Shown here: piece after piece, positions 48,053 to 57,179 of the stretch
Numbering within the stretch: the first letter of the stretch is position 1
Layout: each line of letters opens with the position of its first letter
Source: Candidatus Saccharimonadales bacterium
GTDB taxonomy: Bacteria > Chloroflexota > Dormibacteria > Aeolococcales > Aeolococcaceae
NCBI GenBank assembly: GCA_035534875.1
Contig: DATLRB010000013.1
Span: forward strand, 101,315 to 165,314
Direction: 5' to 3'
DNA length: 64,000 nt
Made by a program: the position numbers and the translations under genes
Notes under the pieces: model-generated
Databases searched by the model: none
What the model was told of the DNA's origin: nothing
What the model saw: only the letters and a program-made list of their open reading frames with translations

Positions 48053-48681
48053 GCGATGTCTCCAATACCACGGTGGTTGAGCACGATGTGCACGAGCTCC
48101 CAGAGCATGTGATACGTCGCCAGGTGCAGCTCGTGTGCTGCTTCTCGGTCTGACCCGTCCACGTGAAACACGAAGTCCGGGTGCTCCCCCGCGATCGGGT
48201 CGCCCGATGTCAGCGCGATGGTGAGCATGCCCACGGCCGCGCCGGCGGCGAGCCCACGGGTGATCGACGGGTGCATCGGTGCATGTGCGAACGCGAGTGC
48301 GATGTCGCCGGCGCGGCCGAGAACACGCACTTGATGTGCGTACACTTCCTCGGCAGCGTCTCCCTGGAGGATGTCGGTGACGGTCGCCATATCGTTGGTC
48401 AGGGACAGGGCCGGCAGGGCGCGGCATCCCGGCAGAACCGGATGGACGAACTCGACTGAGTTGTGCTGAGCGTCGGTCGCATGCGGACCCGAGCCGAAGA
48501 CCAGAAGCGTTCCGCCGGCGAAAAAACGATCCGCCATCGCCGCCGAGCATGCCGCGATCGCATGCGCGTAATGACCGAAGTACGCATCGCCGGATTGATT
48601 CGACGCCTTGACACGCGCATCGAGCAAGGCGCGACCGGTGGCGACGGCCGCATCGCGGTCAGGTCGCATCTGCACACTCAC
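48049..48681 (-). CDS. Degenerate SIS/GmhA-like protein
   Basis: Aligns with GmhA over its length (GGTLLVFGSGPHATDAQHNSVEF; TNDMATVT; ...LHLATYHMLWELVHIVL) but carries AFAHAPMHPS in place of STSGNS. GTG 48681 begins 1 nt after the hypF stop. Confidence 0.7.
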   Translation of the reverse strand: MSVQMRPDRDAAVATGRALLDARVKASNQSGDAYFGHYAHAIAACSAAMADRFFAGGTLLVFGSGPHATDAQHNSVEFVHPVLPGCRALPALSLTNDMATVTDILQGDAAEEVYAHQVRVLGRAGDIALAFAHAPMHPSITRGLAAGAAVGMLTIALTSGDPIAGEHPDFVFHVDGSDREAAHELHLATYHMLWELVHIVLNHRGIGDIA

Positions 48682-48682
48682 C

Positions 48683-51112
48683 TCACGTCACCTCTCGAGC
48701 CTGTGAAGCCGCCACGAGCGCCTGCCCCAGGCTGATGCCGCCGTCGTTGGCAGGGACCTGTTGGTTGGCGTACACGAATAGTTCGCGCTCGCGCAACATG
48801 CGCTCGACCCGATTGAGCAGCAGGACATTCTGAAAGACACCACCACCGAGCGCGATGCGATCAACGCCGAGCTCAGAACTCAGCCGCACGCACATGCTGA
48901 CGATGCCACAGGCCAGGCTCTGGTGAAAGATGGCGGCGAGCGCCTCTGGCGATCGTCCTCGCTGCCGCGCCTGAAACAATGTCCGCACCAGGCCGACGGT
49001 GTCGAGAACCAGCGGATCACCGCCGAGCACAACGTCGAGGTGCTCGCCACCGGCCAGATCCCCGGCCGCGGCCGCGAGCGCCTCCAGACGCATCGCGGCC
49101 TCGGCCTCGAACGTCGACACATGTGCCACCCCGAGCAGGCTGGCAACACCATCGAAGAGCCGGCCCGCGCTCGTGGTGATCGGAGCCGCCTCCGAGGTGG
49201 CCAGGCGGGACACGAGTCGCCAATGACGTTGGTTGGGTGCACCGGCGACATCGTCGAACCAGGGGGGTGGCGTCTCGCCGAGCGCGCCGGCAGCCGCAAG
49301 ATACGCGATCGCCATACGCCACCCCTCTCGAGCGCAAGCATCGCCACCAGGCTGGCGGACGGCTGCGATGTGGCCCACGCGACAGTACGACCGCTCGTCA
49401 CAAAGCAGGAACTCTCCGCCCCAGATCGTGCTGTCGGGCCCGAGGCCTGCGCCATCGAACGCGACTCCGAGCACGGCGCCGCGCAGGCCGTGTTCCGCGA
49501 GCACGCTGGCGATGTGCGCGTGGTGGTGCTGCACGCCCACGGAGCGCGCATCCGAATCCCACCACCGCTCCGCGATGCGGGTCGATGCGTAGTCAGGATG
49601 GAGGTCGGCGGCGACGGCGGTGGGCGTTGCCCGGAAAAGACGGAGGTACGTGCGCAGCGCCTCGTCCTGATGGCCCAGCGTCCGTGGGCTGTCCAGATCG
49701 CCGATATGTGGCCCCATGAAGGCGTTGCCCCCGTTGAGCACGCAGAACGTGTTCTTGAGGTGCGCGCCGAGCGCCAGCACCGAGGCCCCGTTCGAGTCGA
49801 CGCGAACCGGCAGCGGGCAGTATCCCCGGGCGCGACGGATCATCCGTGGCGTTCCGTCAACGACGCGGACCACCGAGTCGTCATAGCGGGCGTAGATCTC
49901 GCGATCGTGGAGCAGAAAGGCGTCTGCAATGTGACCGAGCCGCTCCACGGCCTCGTCGTTGGCTTTCGCGATCGGCTCCTCGCTGACGTTGCCACTGGTC
50001 GTCACCAGCAACCGCCGCGTGGCGCGCAGGAGGAGATGATGCATCGGCGTGTAAGGAAGCATCACGCCGAGCTCCTCGAGGCCCGGCGCAACGGGACCGG
50101 CGACGGCGTCGCGAACATGTCGCCGTTTGAGCAGGACGATCGGGCGCACCGAGCCTTCGAGGAGCTCTGCCTCCGCGTCGCTCACGACGCAGACTTCGCG
50201 CGCCGCGGCGATGTCGGGGCACATCACCGCGAACGGCTTGGCAGGCCGATGCTTACGATCCCGCAGCCGTTGCACAGCGGCATCTTCGGTCGCGTCGCAG
50301 CAGAGTTGGAAACCGCCCAGCCCCTTGAGCGCGACGATCTCCCCCCGAGCTATCGCGGCGGCCGCGAGGTCGATCGGATCGCCCGAGAGCTCGGTCCCTT
50401 CCGCGTTGGCATACCAGAGACGCGGACCGCAGGCAGGACACGCGTTCGGCTGCGCGTGAAAGCGGCGATTCGACGGGTCCTCGTACTCCCGCGTGCAGGC
50501 CGCGCACATCGCGAAATGCCGCATGGTCGTGAGCGGACGGTCGTACGGAATATCCTCGATGATCGTGAACCGTGGACCGCAGTTGGTGCAGTTCGTGAAC
50601 GGGTATCCGTGTCGCCGGTCGGCGGGGTCGAGGATGTCCTCGACGCAGTCGGGACAGGTCGCCGCGTCGGGCGCGATGGACTGATAGTCGCCCTCGACCG
50701 CGCGGCTCTCGACGATTCGAAAGCCCCGCTCGCCGGTTGCCGCCACGTACGCGGTCTCGACCGACTCAATCCGGGCGAGACGAGGTGCGTTGTCGCGCAA
50801 CGCGATCACGAACGCGTCGAGCACGCGCCGCTCACCCTCGACCTCGATGAGCACCGCTCCCGACGTGTTGTAGATCAGACCGCCGAGTCCAAGCCCGGTC
50901 GCAAGGTTCCAGACGAAGGGCCGGAAGCCGACCCCCTGCACCACGCCGCGAACCGCGAGACGCCGCCGCTCAGGCGCGCCATGATCAGGTGCGTTCACAC
51001 CCGCCGGGCGGCTCGTCGGTGGCCGGGTCGCGACGCTCAAGGGCTCACGCTGCGCGCAGATGCTCAGCGGTCGAACTGAATCGCTCCTTGCGCGCCCGGG
51101 TCCCGAGCACAT
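48683..51112 (-). CDS. hypF: Carbamoyltransferase HypF
   Basis: Acylphosphatase domain (VRGVVQGVGFRPFVWNLA) and two zinc fingers (CPDC...CTNCGPRF; CAAC...CPACGPR), followed by YrdC-like and Kae1-like domains. Alternative start GTG 50998 would give a more typical ~770 aa. Confidence 0.93.
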   Translation of the reverse strand: MCSGPGRARSDSVRPLSICAQREPLSVATRPPTSRPAGVNAPDHGAPERRRLAVRGVVQGVGFRPFVWNLATGLGLGGLIYNTSGAVLIEVEGERRVLDAFVIALRDNAPRLARIESVETAYVAATGERGFRIVESRAVEGDYQSIAPDAATCPDCVEDILDPADRRHGYPFTNCTNCGPRFTIIEDIPYDRPLTTMRHFAMCAACTREYEDPSNRRFHAQPNACPACGPRLWYANAEGTELSGDPIDLAAAAIARGEIVALKGLGGFQLCCDATEDAAVQRLRDRKHRPAKPFAVMCPDIAAAREVCVVSDAEAELLEGSVRPIVLLKRRHVRDAVAGPVAPGLEELGVMLPYTPMHHLLLRATRRLLVTTSGNVSEEPIAKANDEAVERLGHIADAFLLHDREIYARYDDSVVRVVDGTPRMIRRARGYCPLPVRVDSNGASVLALGAHLKNTFCVLNGGNAFMGPHIGDLDSPRTLGHQDEALRTYLRLFRATPTAVAADLHPDYASTRIAERWWDSDARSVGVQHHHAHIASVLAEHGLRGAVLGVAFDGAGLGPDSTIWGGEFLLCDERSYCRVGHIAAVRQPGGDACAREGWRMAIAYLAAAGALGETPPPWFDDVAGAPNQRHWRLVSRLATSEAAPITTSAGRLFDGVASLLGVAHVSTFEAEAAMRLEALAAAAGDLAGGEHLDVVLGGDPLVLDTVGLVRTLFQARQRGRSPEALAAIFHQSLACGIVSMCVRLSSELGVDRIALGGGVFQNVLLLNRVERMLRERELFVYANQQVPANDGGISLGQALVAASQAREVT

Positions 51113-51172
51113 GAGCGATCCCGAAGATCACGAGCTCCTCAAGTAGTGCATTCCACTCCGCGTTCCGTGTCG

Positions 51173-51685
51173 CTACGACTGCCGTTCGGCCACGATGTGG
51201 ACCTGCAGATCCACCTCCGGCTCCACCTTGAGAATGATCAAACGCGGAGGATCGATGCCGAAGTCCTTGACGTTGATCACCTGCTGCCCGTCGATCGTCA
51301 TCGTTGTTCCGTCGACGCTGAGATGCAGGTCCCCATTGATCTCTCGCGTCTGGCCGTGCATGGTGAGCTGCGCCGCCGCACGGTAGTGACCGTCGGCGTC
51401 CAGTGCTTCACCGTGAGTGACTTTGGCGGTGATCGTCGGATAGCGCGAGACGTCGAATCGCCGGCGCATCTCCCGATCCTGGATGCCGTTTCCCGACTTG
51501 ATGGCATCGACCGGCAGTGTCAACTCGGCACTGTAGGGCTGGTCGAGGCGAGGTCTCCCCTGCTCGTCGACCTCACACTCGATCACACCGCTGAGCGCGT
51601 TGGCGTTGATGTGCGACGGGTGAAGGTTGACTCTCAGGCCGACTTTGACCGTCGTCTGGGCGGTGTTCACTCGGAAGCGCGGCAT
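51173..51685 (-). CDS. YceI-like family protein
   Basis: Beta-barrel-type pattern with DAIKSGNGIQDREMRRRFDVSRYPTITAKV, the YceI signature region. Lies 60 nt upstream of hypF on the same strand. Confidence 0.75.
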   Translation of the reverse strand: MPRFRVNTAQTTVKVGLRVNLHPSHINANALSGVIECEVDEQGRPRLDQPYSAELTLPVDAIKSGNGIQDREMRRRFDVSRYPTITAKVTHGEALDADGHYRAAAQLTMHGQTREINGDLHLSVDGTTMTIDGQQVINVKDFGIDPPRLIILKVEPEVDLQVHIVAERQS

Positions 51686-51755
51686 ACCAGTCTCTCGTCC
51701 GTCCTACATCGACCGGATCTTCAGATACCGCTGAATGGTGCGCTGCGAGTGGCGA

Positions 51756-52106
51756 TCACTCCGTCTCATCGTGATCCACGTCGGAGTCGCTCGAGGAAAC
51801 CGGCGCCGGTCGGCGCCTGTAGAGAACGTGGATCGATGCAACTCGTCGCTGGATCCTCCGATCGAGGTGGCCGGTCACGCCGTTCGAAGCGGCGGGAAGG
51901 GTGACGCCGACGTGGGTCGGTGTTCGATCCTTGGCAACCGCCATATAGCCAATGGCCTGCAGCGCCGCCTCATCCCTCCCGTACTCCGCCAGGTCGACGT
52001 AGTGCCGCACGATGGCCTCGGGGAAGGCGTCATGGCGGACCATTCGCCGGACATCGCGCGTGTTGAACCAGTCTCGGATCGAGCCCGCAACTCTGATCGC
52101 TGCCAC
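51756..52106 (-). CDS. Small hypothetical protein, paralog of 20426..20758
   Basis: GTG 52106 preceded by AGGAGG. Shares the conserved blocks listed for 20426..20758. Acidic C-terminal tail. Confidence 0.6.
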   Translation of the reverse strand: MAAIRVAGSIRDWFNTRDVRRMVRHDAFPEAIVRHYVDLAEYGRDEAALQAIGYMAVAKDRTPTHVGVTLPAASNGVTGHLDRRIQRRVASIHVLYRRRPAPVSSSDSDVDHDETE

Positions 52107-52166
52107 GAGACCTCCTGCGGCTCCACGCCCATGGATGGTTCAGAGCATACCTTGTGGCGTCGCGCG

Positions 52167-52955
52167 CTATCCCGCGAACGGCCACCGCGCCGCACCGAGC
52201 TCCCGCGATACCCCGCGCGCCGCCTCGACCACCGCCGTGGAGAGGCCGCGCGCGGGACCGCGGGGAAACACCCGATCCGTGTCCCCCACGACGGCGATGG
52301 CCCCGACGGCATTGCCGGCGCGATCGATGATCGGGGCCGCGATGCTCGACTCACCGAGCACGGCCTCGTCCCGCTCGGTCGCGATTGCCTGGAGCCGGAT
52401 GGTGTTCAACTGAATGCGCAGCGCCGCGGCGTTCGGTGTTCGCTTGGTCAGCCGCTCCAGCGGCGCCGACAGTAGATTGTCGATGGTGTCGCCGGGCGCG
52501 AAGGCGAGCAGCGCCTTGCCGAGAGCGCTCGCGTGCAGCGGAAGCTGCGATCCGACCTCGAGGATCTGCAGTGTCGCGTCGGGACGAAAGACGTGGTGCA
52601 CGACCACCGCGGTGGGGCCGTGCATCACACCGACGCGAACGGCGAACTTGGTGCGAACGGCAAGTTGTGCGGCGTAGGTGATCGAGCGGGAGCGCAACTC
52701 GTTGACGTCGAGGTACGAGTACCCGAGTTGCAGCAGGCCCGCACCCAGCTGGTACTTCTCCGAGACGCGATCCTGCTCGACGAATCCCTGGGCGAGCAGC
52801 GTCTGCAGGAGCCCGTGCACCGTGGGACGCGCGAGGCCGAGCCTGTCGGCAAGCTCGCTGACACCCAACCTCCCAGGACCGCCCGCGAGCGCCTTGAGAA
52901 TCGCGGCAGCGCGATCGACGGACTGGATGCTCGTCGGTCGCCGGCTATTCGGCAT
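52167..52955 (-). CDS. IclR-family transcriptional regulator
   Basis: N-terminal HTH (IQSVDRAAAILKALAGGPGRLGVSELADRLGLARPTVHGLLQTL) plus an IclR effector domain. About half of its residues match the second IclR at 60561..61340. Divergent from dhaM. Confidence 0.88.
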   Translation of the reverse strand: MPNSRRPTSIQSVDRAAAILKALAGGPGRLGVSELADRLGLARPTVHGLLQTLLAQGFVEQDRVSEKYQLGAGLLQLGYSYLDVNELRSRSITYAAQLAVRTKFAVRVGVMHGPTAVVVHHVFRPDATLQILEVGSQLPLHASALGKALLAFAPGDTIDNLLSAPLERLTKRTPNAAALRIQLNTIRLQAIATERDEAVLGESSIAAPIIDRAGNAVGAIAVVGDTDRVFPRGPARGLSTAVVEAARGVSRELGAARWPFAG

Positions 52956-53006
52956 TGCTGAATTATGGTCGAGGATGTAGACTAGTTGGAATTCTGAACC
53001 GACCGC

Positions 53007-53411
53007 GTGACAGCGAGGGAAGTCGTGGCTGTCGGGATTGTACTGGTCTCACATAGCCCACAGTTGGCTGAGGGGCTTGCCCTTCTCGCCGGCCAGATGG
53101 CGGGGCCGGACGTCCATATCGAGGCGGCAGGCGGCGACCGTGACGGCGGTCTCGGCACTTCGGACACCCTCGTTCGCACGGCGATCGAGCAAGCCGACCA
53201 GGGTGACGGGGTGCTCCTGCTCTGCGACCTGGGGAGCGCTATTCTCACCGTGCGCGACGTGCTCGGCGGCAACGGCAACGGCCATGTCCGCCTCGTTGAC
53301 GCTCCGTTCGTTGAGGGCGCCGTGGCGGCTGCTGTGGTTGCGTCGTCGGGGGCACCGCTTGACGAGGTGGCCCGAGCTGCCGAGGAGGCGCGCGATGCTC
53401 GCAAGCTCTGA
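53007..53411 (+). CDS. dhaM: PTS-dependent dihydroxyacetone kinase phosphotransferase subunit DhaM (EIIA-Man-like domain only)
   Basis: VGIVLVSHSPQLAEGL (phospho-His context), DLGSAILT. Single ~130 aa EIIA domain. Alternative start GTG 53025. Confidence 0.85.
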   Translation: MTAREVVAVGIVLVSHSPQLAEGLALLAGQMAGPDVHIEAAGGDRDGGLGTSDTLVRTAIEQADQGDGVLLLCDLGSAILTVRDVLGGNGNGHVRLVDAPFVEGAVAAAVVASSGAPLDEVARAAEEARDARKL

Positions 53412-53664
53412 GGCCGCCATGACCCTCCCGGACGGCGTCGCGCTCCACGCCCGTCCAGCTGCGCTGTTTGTCCGCACCGCCATGCGCTTCCGCTCGAAAA
53501 TCGTCGTCGCCGCGAACGGGCGTGACGCCGACGCCAAGAGCATCCTCAGCGTGCTCGGGCTCGGTGCAACCGCAGGCACCATCCTGCTCGTACGTGCGGA
53601 GGGGGAGGATGCGGCGGATGCGCTTGACGCTCTCGCGGAGTGTCTAGCCGGCGTCGTCGAGTAA
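53395..53664 (+). CDS. ptsH: Phosphocarrier protein HPr
   Basis: GVALHARPAALF (His-15 motif), ADAKSILSVLGLG (Ser-46 region). ATG 53395 is preceded by GAGGAGG; ATG 53419 is also possible. Confidence 0.85.
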   Translation: MLASSEAAMTLPDGVALHARPAALFVRTAMRFRSKIVVAANGRDADAKSILSVLGLGATAGTILLVRAEGEDAADALDALAECLAGVVE

Positions 53665-55332
53665 CAGGCGGAGCGGGCGCTCCAGGGACTCCACCTCGGC
53701 TGCGGACTCGGCTTCGAGCGCCCGACGTGCGATGCGCGAGGCTTCGCCATAGTCTAGGGCGCGCACCCACGCGCGAACACGCGCAACCGCCGCGGCGCCG
53801 ACACTGAGCTCGTCAACCCCCAACCCGACCAGGAGCGGCATCACCACCGGATTCGACGCCGCCTCGCCGCAGATCTCGACCGGGATGCCTGCCGCACGAG
53901 CGGCGTCAACGGTATCGGCCACCAGTTGGAGCACCGCCGGGTGGTGTGCGGGCGAACCACCCGGCCGCGTCCGGTCGATGCCGAGCTGGAAGCTGGTCAG
54001 GTCGTTGGTGCCGATGCTGAACATCCCCACCTCAGGAGCAATCCGGTCCGCCATCGCGGCGGCTGCGGGAACCTCGACCATCGCGGCAACGACTGGCACC
54101 CGCTTCCCCCGCCGGGCTGCGATCGGCTCGATGACGGCTCGCACGGCGCGCACCTGACCGGGCTCGGTGACCATAGGGATCAGCACGCGCAGCTCGGTGG
54201 CGTCGCCGGTCTCGAGGATCGCCTCCAGCTGCCACGCGAGCGCCTCGGTATCCTCCAGGAGGAGCTCAACCCCGCGTCCGTACACTCCTTTAAGAAAGGG
54301 GGGCGTCTTGTCGCCTCCGAAATCCAGGAGGCGCACCGTCGCCGTCATTCCTTTGAGCTGAGCCAGCGCGGGATTGAGCGTGCGACGGTGTTCGGCGACG
54401 GTCGGCCAGTGCTGCGCCTCCAGAAACGCGAGTTCGGTGCGCAGGAGGCCAACCCCGTCGGCACCCGCCTCGAGCGCGGCGCGAACCTCGGCCGGGGTGG
54501 CGGCATTGGCAAGGACGCGAACCGTCCGGCCGTCACGGGTCACCGTTGGGAGCGTTCGAGCCGCCAAGGCTCGATCTCGCGACTCGCGGGCGGCCACGAT
54601 AGCCTGCCGCACCATGTCGACCCGCTCCGGATCCGGAGATGCGATGACGGTGCTCCGGTCCCCGTCGACGATGCAGCGCTCGCCTTCCGCCAGCGAGAGG
54701 ATGGCCGGTCCCAGGCCGACGACCATTGGAAGACCCAATCCGCGAGCAACGATCGCCGCATGGCCGGTGACGCCTCCGACCGCGAGGGCGATGCCGCGCA
54801 CATCGCCGTCGAGCTCGATGACGTCCGCAGGCCCGAGGTCGGACGCGACCAGAATCGTGTCGCCGTCGGTGCTTCGATCGGCACGTGCCGGGTCGCCAGA
54901 TGCGAGTCGCGACGCGCGCCGCGCCAGGCTTCTGACATCCGCCGCCCGCGCGGCAAGCTCGGGATCCCCGAGCAGATCCAGCCGAGCCGCGATCGCCTCC
55001 GCCTCGACTCGAATCGCGCTCGCCGCAGGAAGGCCACGCGTCAGCACGGCGCTCTCGACGGCTTCGACGAGCACCGGGTCCTCCGCCATCATCATCCCGG
55101 CATCCAGAATGTCAGCCTCGTCGGTCCGGCCCTGAGATCGAAGCCCGGCCGCGAGTTCGTCCAGCTGGTGAGCCGATCTCGCGAGCGCGTCGAGCGCTCG
55201 GGACGCCGCCGCCGGCCGCGCGCCGTCATCGAGGACGCCGGCGTCGGTCTCGCCGTCGTCGTCGAGACGCCGGACCAGTCCGAACGCCGTCCCCGGTGAC
55301 GCCGGAACGCCAGCGAGCACTCGCTCGGTCAT
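53644..55332 (-). CDS. ptsI: Phosphoenolpyruvate-protein phosphotransferase (PTS enzyme I)
   Basis: Phospho-His region GGVTGHAAIVARGLGLPMVVG, PEP-utilising TIM barrel with FSIGTNDLTSFQLGIDR. The start directly abuts the dhaL stop (TAAATG). Confidence 0.93.
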   Translation of the reverse strand: MTERVLAGVPASPGTAFGLVRRLDDDGETDAGVLDDGARPAAASRALDALARSAHQLDELAAGLRSQGRTDEADILDAGMMMAEDPVLVEAVESAVLTRGLPAASAIRVEAEAIAARLDLLGDPELAARAADVRSLARRASRLASGDPARADRSTDGDTILVASDLGPADVIELDGDVRGIALAVGGVTGHAAIVARGLGLPMVVGLGPAILSLAEGERCIVDGDRSTVIASPDPERVDMVRQAIVAARESRDRALAARTLPTVTRDGRTVRVLANAATPAEVRAALEAGADGVGLLRTELAFLEAQHWPTVAEHRRTLNPALAQLKGMTATVRLLDFGGDKTPPFLKGVYGRGVELLLEDTEALAWQLEAILETGDATELRVLIPMVTEPGQVRAVRAVIEPIAARRGKRVPVVAAMVEVPAAAAMADRIAPEVGMFSIGTNDLTSFQLGIDRTRPGGSPAHHPAVLQLVADTVDAARAAGIPVEICGEAASNPVVMPLLVGLGVDELSVGAAAVARVRAWVRALDYGEASRIARRALEAESAAEVESLERPLRLLLDDAG

Positions 55333-55965
55333 TTAAGGAGTGCTCGCTACCGTCCGTTCCAGGGCGCGGATGATCATCGCGGTCGACGTGGCTCCGGGGT
55401 CCTGATGGCCGATGGAGCGTTCGCCGAGGTACGACGCTCGCCCCTTTCGCGCCTGCATCGGGATGGTGGCGCGCATACCTGCCTCAGCCGCTTCAGAAGC
55501 GGAGCGCAGCATCTCCCCGCTCGAGGCGCCCCGCGCAAGCCCCTCTCGCATCGCGGTCACCGCCGGCTGCAGCGCATCGACCATGGTCTTGTCACCCGGC
55601 ACCGCTGCCCCGAGGTCTTGAATCGAGGCCAATGCCGCCGCCATCGCCTCGACCAATTGGGCGAGATCGAAGGTCGGTTCCTCTCCAAGGGCACGCCCCG
55701 CCTTGCGCAGCGCCGACCCCCAGAGTGGACCGCTGGCACCCCCGACAGTGGACACGAGCGTCTTCCCCGAGAGGATCAACAGCTTGCCGGGTGTGCCATC
55801 GGTCTCGGTGCTCAACACCAGCGTCACGGCGTCGAACCCACGATTCATGTTGATGCCGTGGTCGCCATCGCCGATCGCCGCGTCGAGCTGGACCAGATAG
55901 TCCCGCTCGGCGCGGACCGATGCGGCGATCTCGTTCATCCATGCGGTGACGGTCTGCGCGTCCAT
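55333..55965 (-). CDS. dhaL: Dihydroxyacetone kinase ADP-binding subunit DhaL
   Basis: LDAAIGDGDHGINMNRG, GGASGPLWG, GDKTMVDAL motifs. ATG 55965 preferred over track start 56064. Confidence 0.9.
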   Translation of the reverse strand: MDAQTVTAWMNEIAASVRAERDYLVQLDAAIGDGDHGINMNRGFDAVTLVLSTETDGTPGKLLILSGKTLVSTVGGASGPLWGSALRKAGRALGEEPTFDLAQLVEAMAAALASIQDLGAAVPGDKTMVDALQPAVTAMREGLARGASSGEMLRSASEAAEAGMRATIPMQARKGRASYLGERSIGHQDPGATSTAMIIRALERTVASTP

Positions 55966-55990
55966 TGCTATAGCGACCGCCACGATAGCA

Positions 55991-57013
55991 TCAGCCTCCC
56001 CAGCGGAGTGCGGCAGTATGCACGGGCGCGTCCCAGAGCGCGGTGAGGTGATCGTCGAGCTCAAGAATCGTCAATGACGCACCCGCCATCTCGAGTGACG
56101 TGATGTAGCTGCCAACGAGATTGCGGACCGGTATGAGTCCGGCTGCCCGCAGGCGCTTGTCCACCTCGCCGTAGAGGAGGTAGAGCTCGAGCAACGGCGT
56201 GCCACCCATGCCGTTGACGAAAGCGAGCACGTTTGAGCCAGGCTTGGCAGCAAGGTCGGACGTGACCGCCTCGACCATGATGTCCGCGATCTCAGCCGCG
56301 CTGCCGAGCGGCGCGCGACGGCGTCCCGGCTCTCCGTGAATACCGATGCCCACCTCCATCTCGCCTTCGGGAAGATCGAAGATCGGGTTGCCCGACGCCG
56401 GGGGGATGCACGACGACAGCGCGATGCCGAAGGAGCGCCCCCGCGCATTGACCTGGCGGATGACGCTGACGACGGCCTCGAGCGAGTCGCCGCGTTCCGC
56501 CGCGGCTCCACCGATCTTCTCGGCGAGCACCGTGGCGCCGACACCACGCCGGCCCGCGGTGTACAGCGAGTCCTGCACGGCGACATCGTCGTCGATCACG
56601 ATCGCCTCGACGTTGATCCCCTCGTCGGCCGCCTCGTCGGCTGCCATCTTGAAGTTGAGAACGTCACCCGTGTAGTTCTTGACGATGTGGATGACGCCGG
56701 CACCACCGTCCACAGCCTTGGTGGCGGCGAGCATCTGATCGGGAACCGGGGACGTGAAGACCTCGCCGGGGCACGCCGCGTCGAGCATGCCCACGCCGAC
56801 GAACCCGCCGTGGAGCGGCTCGTGCCCGGACCCGCCACCCGAGATCAGCGCGACCTTGCCCTTGACCGGCGCACCCGCCCGAACCAGGATCTGGTTCGCG
56901 ACGTCATACCTGAGCACGTCCGGAACGGAGGCGGCGAGCCCGGCGAGCGACTCTTTGACCACCTGGTCCGGCTCGTTGATGATCTTCCGCATGCGCCTGG
57001 TGGCTGTGGCCAT
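55991..57013 (-). CDS. dhaK: Dihydroxyacetone kinase substrate-binding subunit DhaK
   Basis: [48 protein letters not shown] motifs. Confidence 0.93.
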   Translation of the reverse strand: MATATRRMRKIINEPDQVVKESLAGLAASVPDVLRYDVANQILVRAGAPVKGKVALISGGGSGHEPLHGGFVGVGMLDAACPGEVFTSPVPDQMLAATKAVDGGAGVIHIVKNYTGDVLNFKMAADEAADEGINVEAIVIDDDVAVQDSLYTAGRRGVGATVLAEKIGGAAAERGDSLEAVVSVIRQVNARGRSFGIALSSCIPPASGNPIFDLPEGEMEVGIGIHGEPGRRRAPLGSAAEIADIMVEAVTSDLAAKPGSNVLAFVNGMGGTPLLELYLLYGEVDKRLRAAGLIPVRNLVGSYITSLEMAGASLTILELDDHLTALWDAPVHTAALRWGG

Positions 57014-57015
57014 GG

Positions 57016-57046
57016 TTCGACACTCCTGTTATTCGACATTATCGAA
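57016..57046. promoter_or_regulatory. TTCGACA repeats in the dhaK 5' region
   Basis: TTCGACA at 57016-57022 and 57032-57038, plus an inverted near-copy TATCGAA at 57040-57046. The last two form TTCGA-N5-TCGAA. Located in the AT-richer dhaK / epimerase divergent region. Confidence 0.35.
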
Positions 57047-57179
57047 CGTTGGTCGGAAATTACTCTCTTGCCGAGGGGGATGTCAATGGTTTTGTTGAGA
57101 TACTCCGAGCCGGTTCTCTGAAGTCCCTTTGGGGCTCGTCGGGGTGATTGCACCGAGCGACGGCGTAGGCTCACAGTGC

